NCBI RefSeq assembly: GCF_009914755.1 | Contig: NC_060928.1 | Strand: one strand, 5' to 3' | Source: the human T2T-CHM13v2.0 reference genome, Homo sapiens | Length of the DNA stretch: 64,000 nucleotides | The notes under the pieces: generated by a model | What the model was told of the DNA's origin: nothing | What the model saw: the letters and a program-made list of their open reading frames with translations, nothing else | The model's database searches: none | Program-made: the position numbers and the translations under genes | Shown here: one piece after another, positions 1-14,988 of the stretch | Position numbering within the stretch: the stretch's first letter is position 1 | How the letters are laid out: every line of letters starts with the position of its first letter

Positions 1-146
1 TATGCAGACAGTCAAGTGTGATGTATTTAGTTCATGCAGTACTTATTACTCTCAAGCACAGCTTCTCATCAGGGAAAAATTAGACCAGATGAGAAGTAAT
101 CAAGAAATTCTGGAGAGGTTTCAAAGATCTTCCTTCTAACTGCTTC

Positions 147-149
<3 letters not shown>

Positions 150-182
<33 letters not shown>
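150..182. repeat. poly(A) tract (A33)
   Basis: Uninterrupted A run; no attached retroelement body or TSD seen. Confidence 0.95.
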
Positions 183-186
<4 letters not shown>

Positions 187-539
187 TGCTCTCTCAGTCT
201 TTTGGAAGAAAAAAAATAAACATCTCTACACTCTACCATAAAGCTCTAGAAAGTTCTGTACAATTGCTTCATGTCACTATTTTCTAACAATAGATAATAC
301 TAGCTGAATAAATGCCAAATTAAGGAATTTTTCCCCTTACTAATGGTACCAGAGCCATCACTCTGGCAGAACTAATGCCAAAGCAAAAATAATCACAAAT
401 CAATCAGGAATCAGAACAAATAAAAAAACTACTTAAACTGATTTGGGTATTTCATTTTTACTGAATTGGCTATTTAATAGAAAAATAATGTTAAGTGGTT
501 GTATAATCAAAAGGTTAAGAAGATTTGGCAACGGATTGC

Positions 540-735
540 AGTGGTTCAAATCATACTCCTGTTAATTAGTAGCTTTTTTATAAGTCTTAAACACATTATA
601 TATCTTTCCTCTCTAATTATGAATTTTATCATATGTAAAAGGGAATTATAGCAGAATCAACCTCAAAATTTTGGTGAGAGAATGAAATGAATAATCAGTA
701 TAAAACGTTTAGCATAGTAAATATTCAATATGGAT
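540..735 (+). mobile_element. MIR SINE, degenerate
   Basis: ggttcaaatc...ttttatcatatgtaaaaggga...aatgaaatgaataat...aacgtttagcatagt...tattcaata resembles MIR core and 3' end. Confidence 0.55.
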
Positions 736-884
736 TAGTTGTTAATCTCTTACATAGCAATAATTATATTTGAATATCTGGCACCTCTTTTCTATTTTAG
801 CAATGTTTTGTGACATTCTCATTGAAATTTATAGATACCTAACTGACAAAATCTCCTATACCATCCTGCAATAATGGAAATATT

Positions 885-1040
885 ATAAAAATTATTGAAT
901 GATCATCTAGGCCAGCATCCTATTTTAGTGTTTGAATCCCTGAAGTGTAAGAGAGTCTAAGTGATTTTTCTGAAGTCAAACATCTACTCTTGGTGGAGAT
1001 CCAAGATTAGGATTTGAGTGTTCTGATTTTTTGAAAGTGT
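885..1040 (-). mobile_element. MIR/MIR3 fragment
   Basis: gatcatctagg...tatttta...aagtgatttttctgaagtcaaaca...gatttgagtgttctga resembles antisense MIR core. Confidence 0.45.
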
Positions 1041-2304
1041 TTTCTTCAGTTTATTTTCACATCTGTGTGTACAACCAAGACTTGTTTTTCGGACAGGAGT
1101 GGAGTAGACAAGTTAACTTCCAGATTGCATATACTAGAATTTAAGATAAGAACTTGATCACTAGACTGTGCATAAAGATTATTCTTTCTAGAAATAGTGC
1201 AAGTGCCTGACCACTTGGGATGAGTTAGTAGTTGGCAAATATCATTGTCTCCTTGACCAATGGGGTGAGAGCCATGATGATAAGAAAAGCCAACTGGAAG
1301 GTACTGAAGTCCCAAGCAGACAAGATAGTCAAATAAAGCAATGTTGAATCTCAGGAAGAAATTAATCTACCATCATAAACCTTTAGGATGTTGGAGATGT
1401 GGTCGCTAGTATTTTTATGATCAATTCAACTGTGTTGATTTTGCACAAACCAGATAGTTTGTAACAAAAGATGGTGGATTATCATAATTTTAATCAAACA
1501 TGAGCCCCAATCACTTTTGCAGTTCTAAATGAGGTACTTTTACCTAAAGATATCAAAACAGGCTTGGAAACTCAGTGTGCTTCTATACATATAACAAATG
1601 TATCATTTTCACTATTAGTTGAGATGAAAAAAAATTGCCTTTTGTGACAAGAATAGGAGGGCAACAATTATTTTATCTAAAGGATATATTAATTTTACTT
1701 TTGCCTGTTCAAAGATAATATGAAGTACCTCAATTTGGTGTTCTGCAGAATTTCACACATTTCATGATTACATGATGAAAAATTGGATCTAGTGAGTAGG
1801 CAATGGTATATATTTATTATGCCATGCTAGGACATGTAAATGACTGTCTATGTGAAATGAACTGTACAAAGATTCAGAGACATGCCATATTAATGAAAGG
1901 TTTTAAGGGTTGCTCAGCTAGGATGGCTGGTACAAAATGGGGGACTGGTGGAGTTTGTCCAGAATTTAAGAGATTCACTGAATTGTCTCTTTGCAGTTCT
2001 ATGCCTGGTGACAGTGGTGAGCAACAATTTTAATGACAGTAGCCTAACAAGGGAAAGACAACAAAGAGCTTAATTTTGTGAGATGAAAGAAAAATCAACC
2101 CACCATGGAAACAAGCTAGACCAGCTGAATTGCTGATCCGGGCTGAAAAAAATCTAGGATGTATAGGTGAAAAAGAAAAATGATAAATATAACAGTGGAG
2201 ATTATAGTTTGTTTCAGTGACCATTGTATATAGTCTGCTGTGCTATATACAAAACGAGGCCAGCAATCAATTTGAAAATTCAATGCGATAAAAGACTAAA
2301 ATGA

Positions 2305-2859
2305 TGTAAGTGGTAGACGGTATCTGATGCCTCAGTTACCCCACCATACATCTTCCTTGCCTCACATATAATTGTACCTCTGGTTTCATGGATAATTCTG
2401 CATGTGTTTTGAGATGCCTGGTCTTAATAGCATCTTGTTGTCTGTGTCACCTTTTCTCCTGAGCTGCAGACGTAAATGGGTGTTACTTCATTATGCTTCA
2501 TAGTAATCCCAAATCAAAGGGAAATTAATGCCCTTGAGAACAACTCTTAACTCTTAAAGTGGTGGTAGCAGCAGATGCATTAAACCTTAGGTGGGCAATT
2601 CTAGGAGACATTCTGCACTCTCCTTTGAATCTCCCAACTGAAATGAAGCCTCAGTTGCTCACAACAATGTGTATTATTACAAAGTGACTAGATTTTCCCC
2701 CTTACCTCCTTCCTCCTTTCCTCCTTTTCCTCCTTTCTTCAGTTCTTCAAGTATGGAACAAGGATATATATGCAAGCTGCTTTTAGGAAATAATCTCAAG
2801 CAGCTTGCATATAAATCTTTGTTCCAAGCTCTACTTCAAGGGTTCCCCAGTCTAAGATA
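2305..2859 (+). mobile_element. LTR16-family ERVL solo LTR
   Basis: Motifs gggaaattaatgccc and gtgggcaattctaggagacattctgcac, plus 3' end aaatctttgttccaagctctacttcaagggttccccagtctaagata. Confidence 0.6.
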
Positions 2860-5800
2860 TCTTTTGTTCAGTAAATCTTGTTTTATTTTATTAAATCCTG
2901 CTTGGCTATGAGAAATATATTTTTGTTAGAGCAATTACAAGACAATTTCAATTGATAAGTAAAATAATTTCTTTCCATTTTATGATCCAGGATAGCTCCT
3001 ATTATTTTTTCCACATAACTATCTTTCATAATCAATTTATATACATAAATTGGTGAAAGTTAGGCAAATTTATAAGATTCATTCTCTTTTTATGAATCAC
3101 TACTATACATTTTAAACCAAGTTTCTTTCTTCCCTTGGTAGCTAGTTCCACCCATACCATTACCTTCTTTAGTGTAAAAATGACTCTGTCTTTGAAATTA
3201 AAAAATATATATAAATATTTGTAAACATCATAAATAAATTACGGAATAATAAAGAAAAGCCCACTGCTTACAATTGTAGCTCAGGCAGTATGGGGAATTA
3301 GATTAGGGAACCTGGGTGGTTTTCTGTTTGAATAATATATTTGTAATGGTATTACATTTAGTAGGATTAGACACATATGATAATTGTTAAATTCATACAC
3401 AAATTGACTTTAGTTACCTCTCATGGTGCATTGTTACTGGAAACACTCTTAATATATTTTGAATCTCTGTGGCATGTATTCATTAGCTTCTTTTATTGCA
3501 TTATAGAAAACCAGAAATGCAATTTATATCAATTTGCTTTCCATACTTCTTAAAAAATTTGAATAAACACGAAAAAGTACTTCTGAGTTCCTGTATTGTA
3601 TACTGTAATAGGGATATATGCCTATACAGATCACTTATTAAATTGTCTAACACTTTCAGATAATTCAGTATAAAATTCAGTACAAAATTCTGCATGTAAG
3701 ACTACCATTTCCTGCCAGATTTACAAATTCACATATTCTAGAATATTATTTATGAATATATATTTACACACATACCTCTTATTTTCTTCTCCACACTTTG
3801 GAATTTGGAGGATGAGTTGTGGAGAATAAAAAAAAAAGTGGTGGGAAGAAAACATTTACTTGTCTGTGTTTATTCTCTGCTGGGTCTTAGTTGGCAAAGC
3901 TACCTTTGTAGTAGGTCCTCTTTTCTTTTATCCTTCTTTGTTGTTCTTTCAAACAAAATTTGGAGATGTTACCCACTTTGTCCCAGTTTCTGATTCTGGT
4001 GAAATCAAAATTCAAATCTTTCTGTCGTTTTAAATTTTAATATTTTCGTGACTATTTTTTTCCTTTTTTGGATGGATTACATTTGGTTTTTGCTTCAACA
4101 AATTTCTTATTTCGGATTTAGGTACACAATGATTTGTTTGTGAATTGATATCTTAGACAGTCTTCTGTTGCCTAATGTATTTCATTCCCTCTTTTCACTC
4201 TCCAATAAATACATTTATCATATTATGTTAATGAAAGATAGGCTTCTCCATAACTTTCTAGACTGTATGTACACCGAGAGAAAGAACATCATAAGTTGGA
4301 TAGTAATGGTGTACATGAAAGACACATAATTATTAAAGATTATTAGTAAATGTGCAAAATCCTATGTCCTTTATAGTATACACTATATATTTGTTTCTTT
4401 AATATGCTGCACATATTTGCTAAAGATATTTATTTTATACCTATACTTATGTATTTACCTCATAACAGTTACTTAGGTAAAATATTCAAAAATATAATTT
4501 CACTTTAAACACTGAAATGGCCAAAAGTTGAAGAGATGCAAGAAAAAGGAATACATTGCATATTATGAGAGAAAATTTTGAATTAACAATTTGAAGAAAA
4601 TAATATGTTGAATCTATATTATATGACTCTATACCAGTCAAATTAAATACTTTTAAAACCAGACATGGTTAACTATCACTCTACTTGGTTAATTATTCTT
4701 GTCCAAAGACATGATTTCATATGGAACTATATAGACTATTGTATTCCAAAGGTAGGGATTACTGAAAGGCCAACAGACACCTAAAAGTGATCTTTTGCCT
4801 TTGATGCTTCTACATTTAAATTACATGTGCTATTATTAGCAAAGAGGAATTTGGCAAATTATGAAGCTCTTTCAACCCTTGCTAATTAATTCCATCCATT
4901 TGCCAGATATTTCCATATTACCAAGAAGTTCTTCCAAAGGCCTAATATTAAATTGTTGTGGTCTAGGACAATTTTTTCTTAACTGTTCTCTGGTTTGTGA
5001 CAGATATTATGTTATTAATAGAATATAGCATTTGATTCTTATATTATTCCATACACTACCAACTGGTTTACGAAGGAGACCACCAATACAATTCTATTAA
5101 AGTCCCTGTCACTTTGTTTGCTATTTAAATTGTTTCTATATTGAATCAAGTTCCTTTTATTAATTAAATATAAATTATATTCAATGGTAATTAAATATTT
5201 CAATTATTAATGCTTAGATTTTAACTTTTTTCATCTTTTACATGAGAAAATGACTTGTTTTATAAAGTTCAAGATTTAGCAATTATTTGTAAACTGTTAC
5301 TAAATATATATTTTAAAAATACTAAATTGTTCTTTCGATTTAATTTGAATTTTTGATTTGGTTAAAAAATCTGAGCAATGCTGATTTATTTTGCCATCCT
5401 TCCATTAAGTCAAGTTTTTTTGGTTTTGGTTTTGTTTTCTTAAAAGATGGCTCCTACAAGATAAGACATTTCTTACATGGCCTAATCTGAAGTAAAAATC
5501 GCCAAATTGTATATATCACTTTGAGATATTTTATGGTGTTGCTTGTCACATTGCTAGATAATTAATGCCACTATTTCATCATGTTAAGTTTATAAAACAA
5601 ATTATTTAACATAGCTGTCACCAAAGCTTTATCTATTTTTTTCAGTTCTTCCCTGAAGAAAACCTTATTAATTTAAATCTATGTGAATTCATTAATTTAC
5701 TTGTTTGTACTTCTCTAGTTCGAATTAACTGTATTTCTACTAAGGGCAGGAACCATCCCTTAATTCATTAAGTAATGTCTGTATCTTACTCAACACAGGT

Positions 5801-6431
5801 TAGTGTGAACTCAAGCCATAGAGTAAAGGGACTGTATAGTATTATTGCAGAAGTAGGGAATATCCTCTCAATTTCTTATATATTTCAGCTTTTATGATCT
5901 ACTGTTGCTTTATCCTTAATTTACAAATATCCCCAAGTAAATCTCGTCTGTAAATCTTCTTTCTGGCCCATGTTCCTTTGTATAAAATATTGTGACTCAC
6001 TGCTTTAAAAAGCATCTGTATTTAGTGTCTCTTCTAATTCCTCATTATTATTCCTTCCACGTGGCTAACCTAAGGGCACATTTTCCATTTGTATTAATTG
6101 GCCTCTTTCGTGAGTGAGAATCCTGACCACTCTTGCTCCTACAGCAACATTCTACCCTCAGCTTAGCCTGCTTCTCTAGGGAACCCCTTTCAGTCTTTCT
6201 CATGAGCTGCTCTTCTGTTTCTTTTCTAGTATTCTGGAAGCTTTTCTGGCTCTGGGGATGTCATGCAATCCTCCCACGGTCTTAACATGACTTGGCCTGC
6301 CTTCTGCCCAGTTCTACAGGCCCTAATTTAACATAATTTTTCCCTCACAACTGCCTCTCTTTGTTATTAATACTTTTGATAAATTGCACCACTTCACATT
6401 CAATGAGTCTCCAAGTCCAAATGACAGTCCC

Positions 6432-6791
6432 TGTGATGCTTAATTTTATGTGTCAACCTGGCCAGGCCATGGTACCAAGATATTTGGTCCAACACTGTTC
6501 TAGATGTTTCTGTGAAGGTATTTTTTGGATAGAATTAACGTTTATATCAGTAGAATTTTAGTAAAGAGATTTACCTCCATAATGTGGATGGGCCTCATCC
6601 AATCAGCTGAAGACCTTAGAAAAAGACAGATCTACCCTGAAAAATACAGAATTCTGCAAAAGTCTGCCTTCAGACTCTAACTTCACCATCAACTCTCCCC
6701 TAAGTCTCAGTCTGCTTGTCTACACTGTAGATTTTGGACTTGTCAGTCTCCTTAATTGAGTGAGCCAATTTCCCAAAATCAAGAGAGGAAG

Positions 6792-6855
<64 letters not shown>

Positions 6856-6901
6856 AGATGTTCTGTTGGCTTTGTTTCTCTGGAGAACCCTGATTAATAT
6901 A
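6432..6901 (+). mobile_element. MLT2B-like ERVL LTR
   Basis: Starts tgtgatgcttaattttatgtgtcaacctggccaggcc; contains gggcctcatccaatcagctgaag; ends gtttctctggagaaccctgattaatata. Confidence 0.9.
6793..6859. repeat. Compound tetranucleotide STR [AGAT]12 AAT [AGAT]4
   Basis: Read directly; lies inside the MLT2 LTR. Confidence 0.95.
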
Positions 6902-7029
6902 TTTCCTAGATGCCTCTGAACTATGTCCCTCCATTCTATATTGAACTGTTTTTTCCACATTAAATCATATCTCATTTGTTAATTGGAAAAAAACCCTGTT
7001 GTATGAACTTTAAATTTATCAATTAATAA

Positions 7030-7185
7030 ATTTAAATCTCAAAATAGTTTGATAAGTTAGTAATTATTGTTTCTATTTTACAGGTGTAGAAACTAAGGCA
7101 GAGTTAAGTAACTTAGCAAAAGATGGCACAGTTAAAATTCAATGCAGGCAGATCTAGTTTCAGTGTTGGAGCTCTTACTCTGCTA
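7030..7185 (-). mobile_element. MIR SINE
   Basis: ttctattttacaggtgtagaaactaaggcagagttaagtaacttagcaaaag is the antisense MIR core. Confidence 0.75.
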
Positions 7186-9019
7186 GCATGTCGTTTTCAC
7201 TGATTATAGTTCCTCACTCATTTCACCAGAATAAAACAAGAATGTTTTTTGTGGTCTCTAACTTCTGTCAGAATTACTGAATTGATTCAAAAAAATACAT
7301 TTTTTTTACCAAAAATTATGATTTTTACTAAAGCTTTTACTCAAATCTCTAGACTGACAGGCTGCTAAAAAAGCCCATTTTTCACAAAATTGGTGGCAAT
7401 TATTTATTTCCTTTTCTATAGTTCAAAATCTGATAATAAAATATGAACTGAACTTCCTAAAACATAAACTCCTAGCTAGGAAGCATCCAGATTCATTCAA
7501 TAATATTTATTTTAAAAGAGTATTATCTTATGCGATACTTTTTCAATGTGATTTCAAGTCTAGTATTTCCATCATTATGATATTTAAAAATATCCAACCT
7601 TTTCATGACAATATTGCATACATGGGAATATAAATGAGCAGCACATTTTTTGAGATGTACAATAAATTACATATAGACAAATGTGTTAAGCATTTCCTGT
7701 TTGTAGTGGTGGTTAAAAGTTGTTAATTCTTTCATTTACCCTAAGATCTTGCAAGATCCTGAAGCATCTCCAAAAACTAGTGATGATTTCTGGACTACTT
7801 TGGTCCAGATTTATTGTTAAAAGTTTTTTATATGAGTGAGTGTTAATCCTCTTTTTCAAATATTTTGAATAAACAGATTGTGAATATCTAATGCTGCTGA
7901 ATTATAAAAATGGTAGAGATATTGTTAAGTGTGTTCAGCTCATTTTTCCTCCACTTTTCATTCATATATATTTGGAACAAAGATGCAAATCTTACCTACA
8001 AATCTAGGTGAAGTCATTAATGATTACTCCTCTTTTAAACCGTATTTGTATTTTTATTACAATTCCAAGTTAACCAATCTTTAGAAAGTTATATGACTGT
8101 TACTTTTCTAACTTTGACCATCCTTAGAAAGCATATTGCAAATATTCTAACATCTGTGAAAAACCCATATTTTTATGTTAAAAAAGATAAATTTGTCGGT
8201 CATAATAAAAACTTCAAAAACTCTGTTATACTAGGATTAAAGTTTTAAAATCTCACACACATATGTTAATACAGATAAGAACATTTAAATATTTATATTG
8301 GCACCCTTGAATCTAGAAATTCCTAGACTTCAAGAATAAAAATGAAAATAATACTTCATAATTTCCAAGTAAACTTATTTGAAGGTATGAATAGATGCAT
8401 GGAAATACCTTCTAGAAATCAGAAATGCCCATGCTAATCTAAGAACCAGTTGAAGTTAAATAACTCTTTTCAAGTAGAAAACTTTCTCTAGTGAACAGGT
8501 TAAAATTTACATATCCGTTAACAAAGATGATAATAGAATACTATCATCTTCGTTGCTGCTAAGCCCCAGGCATAAGGGAATAACATAACTTTATTGTAAA
8601 TGAAGCTACATTCTCTCAGATCTTATTAGTCTTTTATAGCTAATGTATATCTTTAAAATGAAAATTATCACAGAACAGATATTAAAGACCTGCACAAAAT
8701 TTTGTCTGAAGATAAATCACCTCAATATTTTACATAATCTCTAATATATGTGCTTAACTAAGTTAAATACTGAATGGAATTTTTGGTATGAATACTTAAC
8801 AGTCAGTTTGTGCAGGTATTGTTGCTTTGGAAAAGGAGACATTAACCGTAAACAATATACGTGGAGCAAAATTCAAACAAATAAATATCTTTTTGTGGTT
8901 ACCTGACGTGAAGAGTGATTAATGAGTACTTGTGGCACCAGGCTTTTGATGTGGGGAGAATACATGCAGACACTCATAAGAAAAATATTTATCATAGGAA
9001 AGAGGTTAAAAATGTTGGT

Positions 9020-9233
9020 TCTGAAACTTGACTGGGTTATCATTATCAGTCTCACTTAACTGGTATTTGAACTTGGAAAATTACTTAAGCTCTGTGTACC
9101 TCCCTTTTTTTCTAAGAAGAAAAACACACATACACTATTATATAACACACATATACTACTGTAAGTGTATAGTAGTATACATTTTTATGAACAATGACTA
9201 GCACATAGTAGATGACCCAGAAATGTTAGTTAT
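9020..9233 (+). mobile_element. MIR SINE, interrupted
   Basis: acttggaaaattacttaagctctgtgtacctc core and acaatgactagcacatagtagatg...aaatgttagttat 3' end. Confidence 0.6.
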
Positions 9234-9489
9234 CCATATGATAGGAAATGAGATATGTGAGGTTAATATACAAATACTGATGATTTGTAACTTTTTTCAG
9301 TCTCTGCTATTATAAGTTTGATATTTGTATCCTAAAACTTTCCCAATATTCTGAATGATGTCTAAGAATTATAACATTGAAGTCAATTTTCCCAAAGAAT
9401 GTTGTAATATTTCTTGAAACAAATGCCCCAGGTTATATTTAGCTCATTATTTGGGTGGTATTCATTATTTCATGTTGTATTACTTGAAT

Positions 9490-9670
9490 AATACAGAAGG
9501 TTGGAATTGGAAGGAAAATTAGAGGTCATGATTTAACAAAAGAAGAAATCTTAGATTCAGATGAACATTATGAGCTTCTGAAAATCACCCAGCAGGGAAG
9601 TAAAAGATAGGAGACTGGAATTCAGGTCTTTTGACATTCAGATCTGTGTTTTTCTTATGCTTCCCTGTGC
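9490..9670 (-). mobile_element. MIR3-like SINE
   Basis: ttggaattggaaggaaaattagaggtcat...ggagactggaattcaggtcttttgac. Confidence 0.55.
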
Positions 9671-9725
9671 TGCTTCTCGGCTCTGAAATTGTAGTGCTTT
9701 TAAAATTTTCTTAAATATGTACATA

Positions 9726-9728
<3 letters not shown>

Positions 9729-9780
<52 letters not shown>
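9729..9780. repeat. (AT)26 microsatellite
   Basis: Perfect AT run, read directly. Confidence 0.95.
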
Positions 9781-9784
<4 letters not shown>

Positions 9785-11249
9785 TCCTTAGAAATGAGAA
9801 GTGCTATTATAATTTGTCAGGCTAATTTACATTCAGGCAGTCTTTTCTTAGCTTTCTGATTCTAAATAATCGTTATACTATTGAACAAATGATAAGGCAT
9901 TTTTCACATCTCAGGATATAAGACCAATATTTCTAAATTTTTAATCATGCCCAGAAGGAATACATCAAAGGAATCAACTATTGTAATGATGATGACTTCA
10001 ATTAACTATTTTGTAATCCAGTAATGCATTTCATTAGAGTATTCTAAGAACTTTTCTGGCATTGTTACCATAATCTTCAGTGTTCCTACTTGGTATTTAT
10101 TTCAGGACCTAAACATAATAAATAGAAAGGCACAGTCCCTACCACTAGATAACTTGCATTTGTTAGTGGAACACACGGCAGCATAATATGGGTTGACAAA
10201 AAGAAATATTTGCATCCAAATTTTACTACTGTGGATTAGTGACAGTTCAGTATTGGTTAATTACCAGAGAAAAGAAGAGAGAAAAACAAAGGAGGAATTA
10301 TTATTATTATTATTTGGCTCTTGTAAAGCCAGACCACAGCTGTTGGTAAATATTAAAGCTGCTGCAATCTTAAATTAAGGTGAAATACTCACTTATTTTA
10401 CAAAATACATGTAAGTAAGATAACAAATAGTAATTATGGCTTTTAAATCTGTTGAGCTGAGACATTTGTTAACAATAGTACTGGGAACTTGGTAATATTC
10501 TTACTACCCAAATTAATTCTCTTAAACTTAACCTCCATCTTATTTAACTCAGCATCTCTTTCTAAAAGATTCCCATTTAACAGCTCTGTCTTTGCTAGTC
10601 TAAACATGTGTTTTCTTTAGCAATGACTGTATTTATTTAAAGAGTATCCGTCAATGCCTGGTAAGCTGAGTGAGTAGATGGGCATGTGCTCACATCTCAT
10701 TATTTTACAATCTGGTGGTCTCCTTAACAGATTCTTTAACATGTGAAGAATCAACAAAAAATACAACTACGTCTGATCTTTGTCTTAGGCAAAAGGATCC
10801 TGCTTGTCTTACTCATTATAGGAAAAAATATATATAATGTTCATGCTCATTTCCCATTTTTCTGTACCATAAGATGAACTCCTAAAATGGGAGAAAATAG
10901 AACTCATTCAAAAGCTATTGAAGACAATACTATGACCATCTGGTGAGTAGAATCTCTTTACCCATTTCTGTACAAATTGTGATTTGCCTGTACACTTATA
11001 ATGCATCATTCTTTTATATTTTCACAGTTCTGTCTGGAGAGCATTTTTTCTAAAGCGTAGCTTTCTCTTAACCACATAAATGTAGATCACAATGACAATG
11101 GCGTATCCTTTAATTTTAACTAATTATTAGTTGATAGCTATGATTTTGTCCCATTTAACAGCTAGAGACAAAAACATATACAGAGCTCGAATAACATGCT
11201 ATTGATAACACCTCATTTTGGCATACAAATATTTCTTACTTTCTTAATT

Positions 11250-12370
11250 GGTTTTTCACCTTGACGTATCACTAATTGAAATGATTCTGTTAAAATTGTC
11301 CACTATATTGGTCGATTTGTCAAATTCTTCCTCTCTTGCATGTGTATGTACACGTATATGTGTGTATGAATATATATGCATAAATATTATGTATTTTAAG
11401 GTAATTTTATTAGAAAATAATTGTTCAGAATTTTTATATTTTTGGTGGAATGAATCTTTAATCATTACATATATAGTGTTCATAATGTTTTCTTGATGTT
11501 ATTCTATATAACATTAATAGTGTCATATCAGTTTTTTTGATTAGTATTTTTCTGGTATACATTCCATTTTTTTCTTCAGTAACATTTTTCTTATTTTAGG
11601 AAGGTCTCGTAAACATCATACCTTGATTTCCAAAAGTCCAATTTGACAATATCTTTCAAATGAAGAGTTTTTCTGAGCTTCTTCATCCACTTAAATCTGG
11701 TTCTAGCATTTATGCTTTCTATTTTCCCACATTTTCGGTGCTTCCTTCTACTTCCCAGTCTTTAAGAAAAACTATTAGGTATTGTTTGTATATTTATTCC
11801 TTTCATTCCATTTCTTCACATTCCTTTAGAAGCCGTATATTATATTTATTTTCTTATAGTGGTTATAATTTGTAAGCTATACGTAGTGTAACATATATAT
11901 TTTAACATCCCTCCAAAAATATAAGGACTTTAAAATGCTTTAATTTATATCAGTAACTTGGAAAGTTCTGTCATTTTTATCCAGAGTTTTTTAAATTCCC
12001 CTGATATTATGAGTATTATTATTTATAAAGACAGATTTGACTAGATTTACCTATATTTATTATTTTTTCTCACTACTAGTATTATTTCTCCTAGTCCCAA
12101 AGTATATATTTTTAGAACTCTTTTAAATTTAGGTCTATTTTTATTTATTCTCAGTTTTTGCTGAAGTTTTTTATTTTAGCCATATTCTTTTAAATTTTTT
12201 TAAATTCATGAAATTCTAGACTTGTGATATGTTAATCTCTCATATTTTAAATATCTCATAAACCCAGGTTAACTATTTTTAACTTTCATTTTTAAAATTA
12301 ATATACTACTGAAAGTTCAATGATTGTTCTTTTTAAGGAGTTTTCTTTTTTCTCTATTTTTAAGATACTC
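11250..12370 (-). mobile_element. Old L1M (L1ME-like) fragments
   Basis: T-rich antisense L1-like motifs (tttggtggaatgaatcttta, ccaatttgacaatatc, attctcagtttttgc); similar sequence continues at ~13330-14300. Confidence 0.5.
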
Positions 12371-12374
12371 TCTT

Positions 12375-13320
<946 letters not shown>

Positions 13321-13545
13321 TAATAATGTACCCTTAGATGTTGGTGTTTCCAATTTCATTTTGATTTATCTGCATGTGGGTTTTTTTATTCATCTTATTT
13401 GGTATATACTGCATTTCTTGTGCCTGTTGTTTTAGATCTTTCATCCGTTTTGAATAATTTTATTATTTCTCAAATATTGCTTCTCTTCTTTCAAGGCTCC
13501 ACTTCTAAAATGTGGATGAATTACATGTATTTAGAATTTCCTATT

Positions 13546-13638
13546 ATTTTTCTTTCTTTTTTTTTTTTTTTTGATGGAGTCTCGCTCTGTTGCCCAGGCT
13601 GGAGTGCAGTGGCGCGATCTGGGCTCACTGCAAGCTCC
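13546..13638 (-). mobile_element. AluY 3'-terminal fragment
   Basis: poly(T) followed by gatggagtctcgctctgttgcccaggctggagtgcagtggcgcgatctgggctcactgcaagctcc. Confidence 0.9.
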
Positions 13639-14927
13639 ATGTCTCTAAACCTCTTTTTTTCTATCGTATTTATCTCTCTGAAGTTCATTTTTTAATTAGG
13701 TTTCTCAGAATTTTCTTTCAATTGAGTTACTCCTTTTTAGTTATACCTACTGTGTGCTTACTCCATATTTTTAGTGTTTTTCAACTTACAGTTTTAACTT
13801 AAAATCTTCCATTAAAAATGCCTATTGCTTACTTATTTATGAAATTCTATTTTCTATTCTTTAAATATCCACTCATAGGAATACATATATACACATTTCA
13901 GATAATTTTAATATCTGAATTACTGAGTAGTCTAAACCTGTTTTTTGTTGAATTAATTCTCATTCATGACATTTGGTTTGATTGAATATTAGCTAATTTT
14001 TTATATTGAGTCACATGTGATTGATCACAAATTCTGGAAACTGTGGATGCTAAACTGAATCTGTTTTTCACAGGAGATTTGCTCTTGCCTGTCTGTGATA
14101 TCAAGTCCAATGAGGATTTCTGATATCTAGCTTCCCACCTTGCTACCAGCAATACCCTTAGAGCAACCCTTGCTTTTCTATTTGTTCACTGCTCACCAGT
14201 CTAGTTAAGATCACTTCTTATTGGCCCCATGGAGTTTTCTCTTCTTTGCTGTGAGCCTAAATTACAATGGCCGCTTCCTGCAAAAGCTGCAGCATGAGGA
14301 TTCCTTACAGTATCTAGCCCCAAATGCTATATTTTTTACTTTCACAATTTGCTTTTAATCAAGGAGTTGATAGATGGAAGTTTTGAGAATTGTTTAAATT
14401 CATCTATATAATGTTAATTATTTGATATTTTAATTAGCAAATATGTATGTATATGTTTTCATAAAGTTATATGGCCTTTTCATTAAATAAGATATAATAG
14501 ATGTATAATGATAAAAAACACAGAATAGTAGTTATTTCTTCACTGTCATAATATTTCCTAAAATTTAATTTCTGAATCCATGATGTAGAAAATTTCTTTT
14601 CTTTTACCCCCATATACGCCTGATTAAAATTTATTATATTTGTTGTTTTAATAAAATAAGGCACTAAATTTCTAACAAATGCTTTGGAGAGTATTTATAT
14701 AATAAGCAAGTCTTCTATCATATACTCCTTTGGTGAATGCAAGAATTTTTTTATTGGAGGTCATCAGCATCAGCCAAAAAAATCAATTCAAATCAAATCA
14801 AAGTGTAGCTGCTCACATTTCAAAATTTTAATATGATTAATATACTTACATTAGGTTTACTCTTAATATATAATTTAAATCTTTAAACAATATGTAGATA
14901 AATTTTAATACACAATTTTTACTTATA

Positions 14928-14988
14928 CTTTTATCAAAATTACATATATTATGGAGCGCTTTTATCAAAATTACATATATTATGGAGC
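14928..14988. repeat. Perfect 30-bp tandem duplication
   Basis: cttttatcaaaattacatatattatggagc at 14928-14957 and 14959-14988. Confidence 0.95.

Noticed and set aside
150-182. A33 as the tail of a processed pseudogene
   Set aside because: No recognisable mRNA body, nearby upstream AATAAA or TSD
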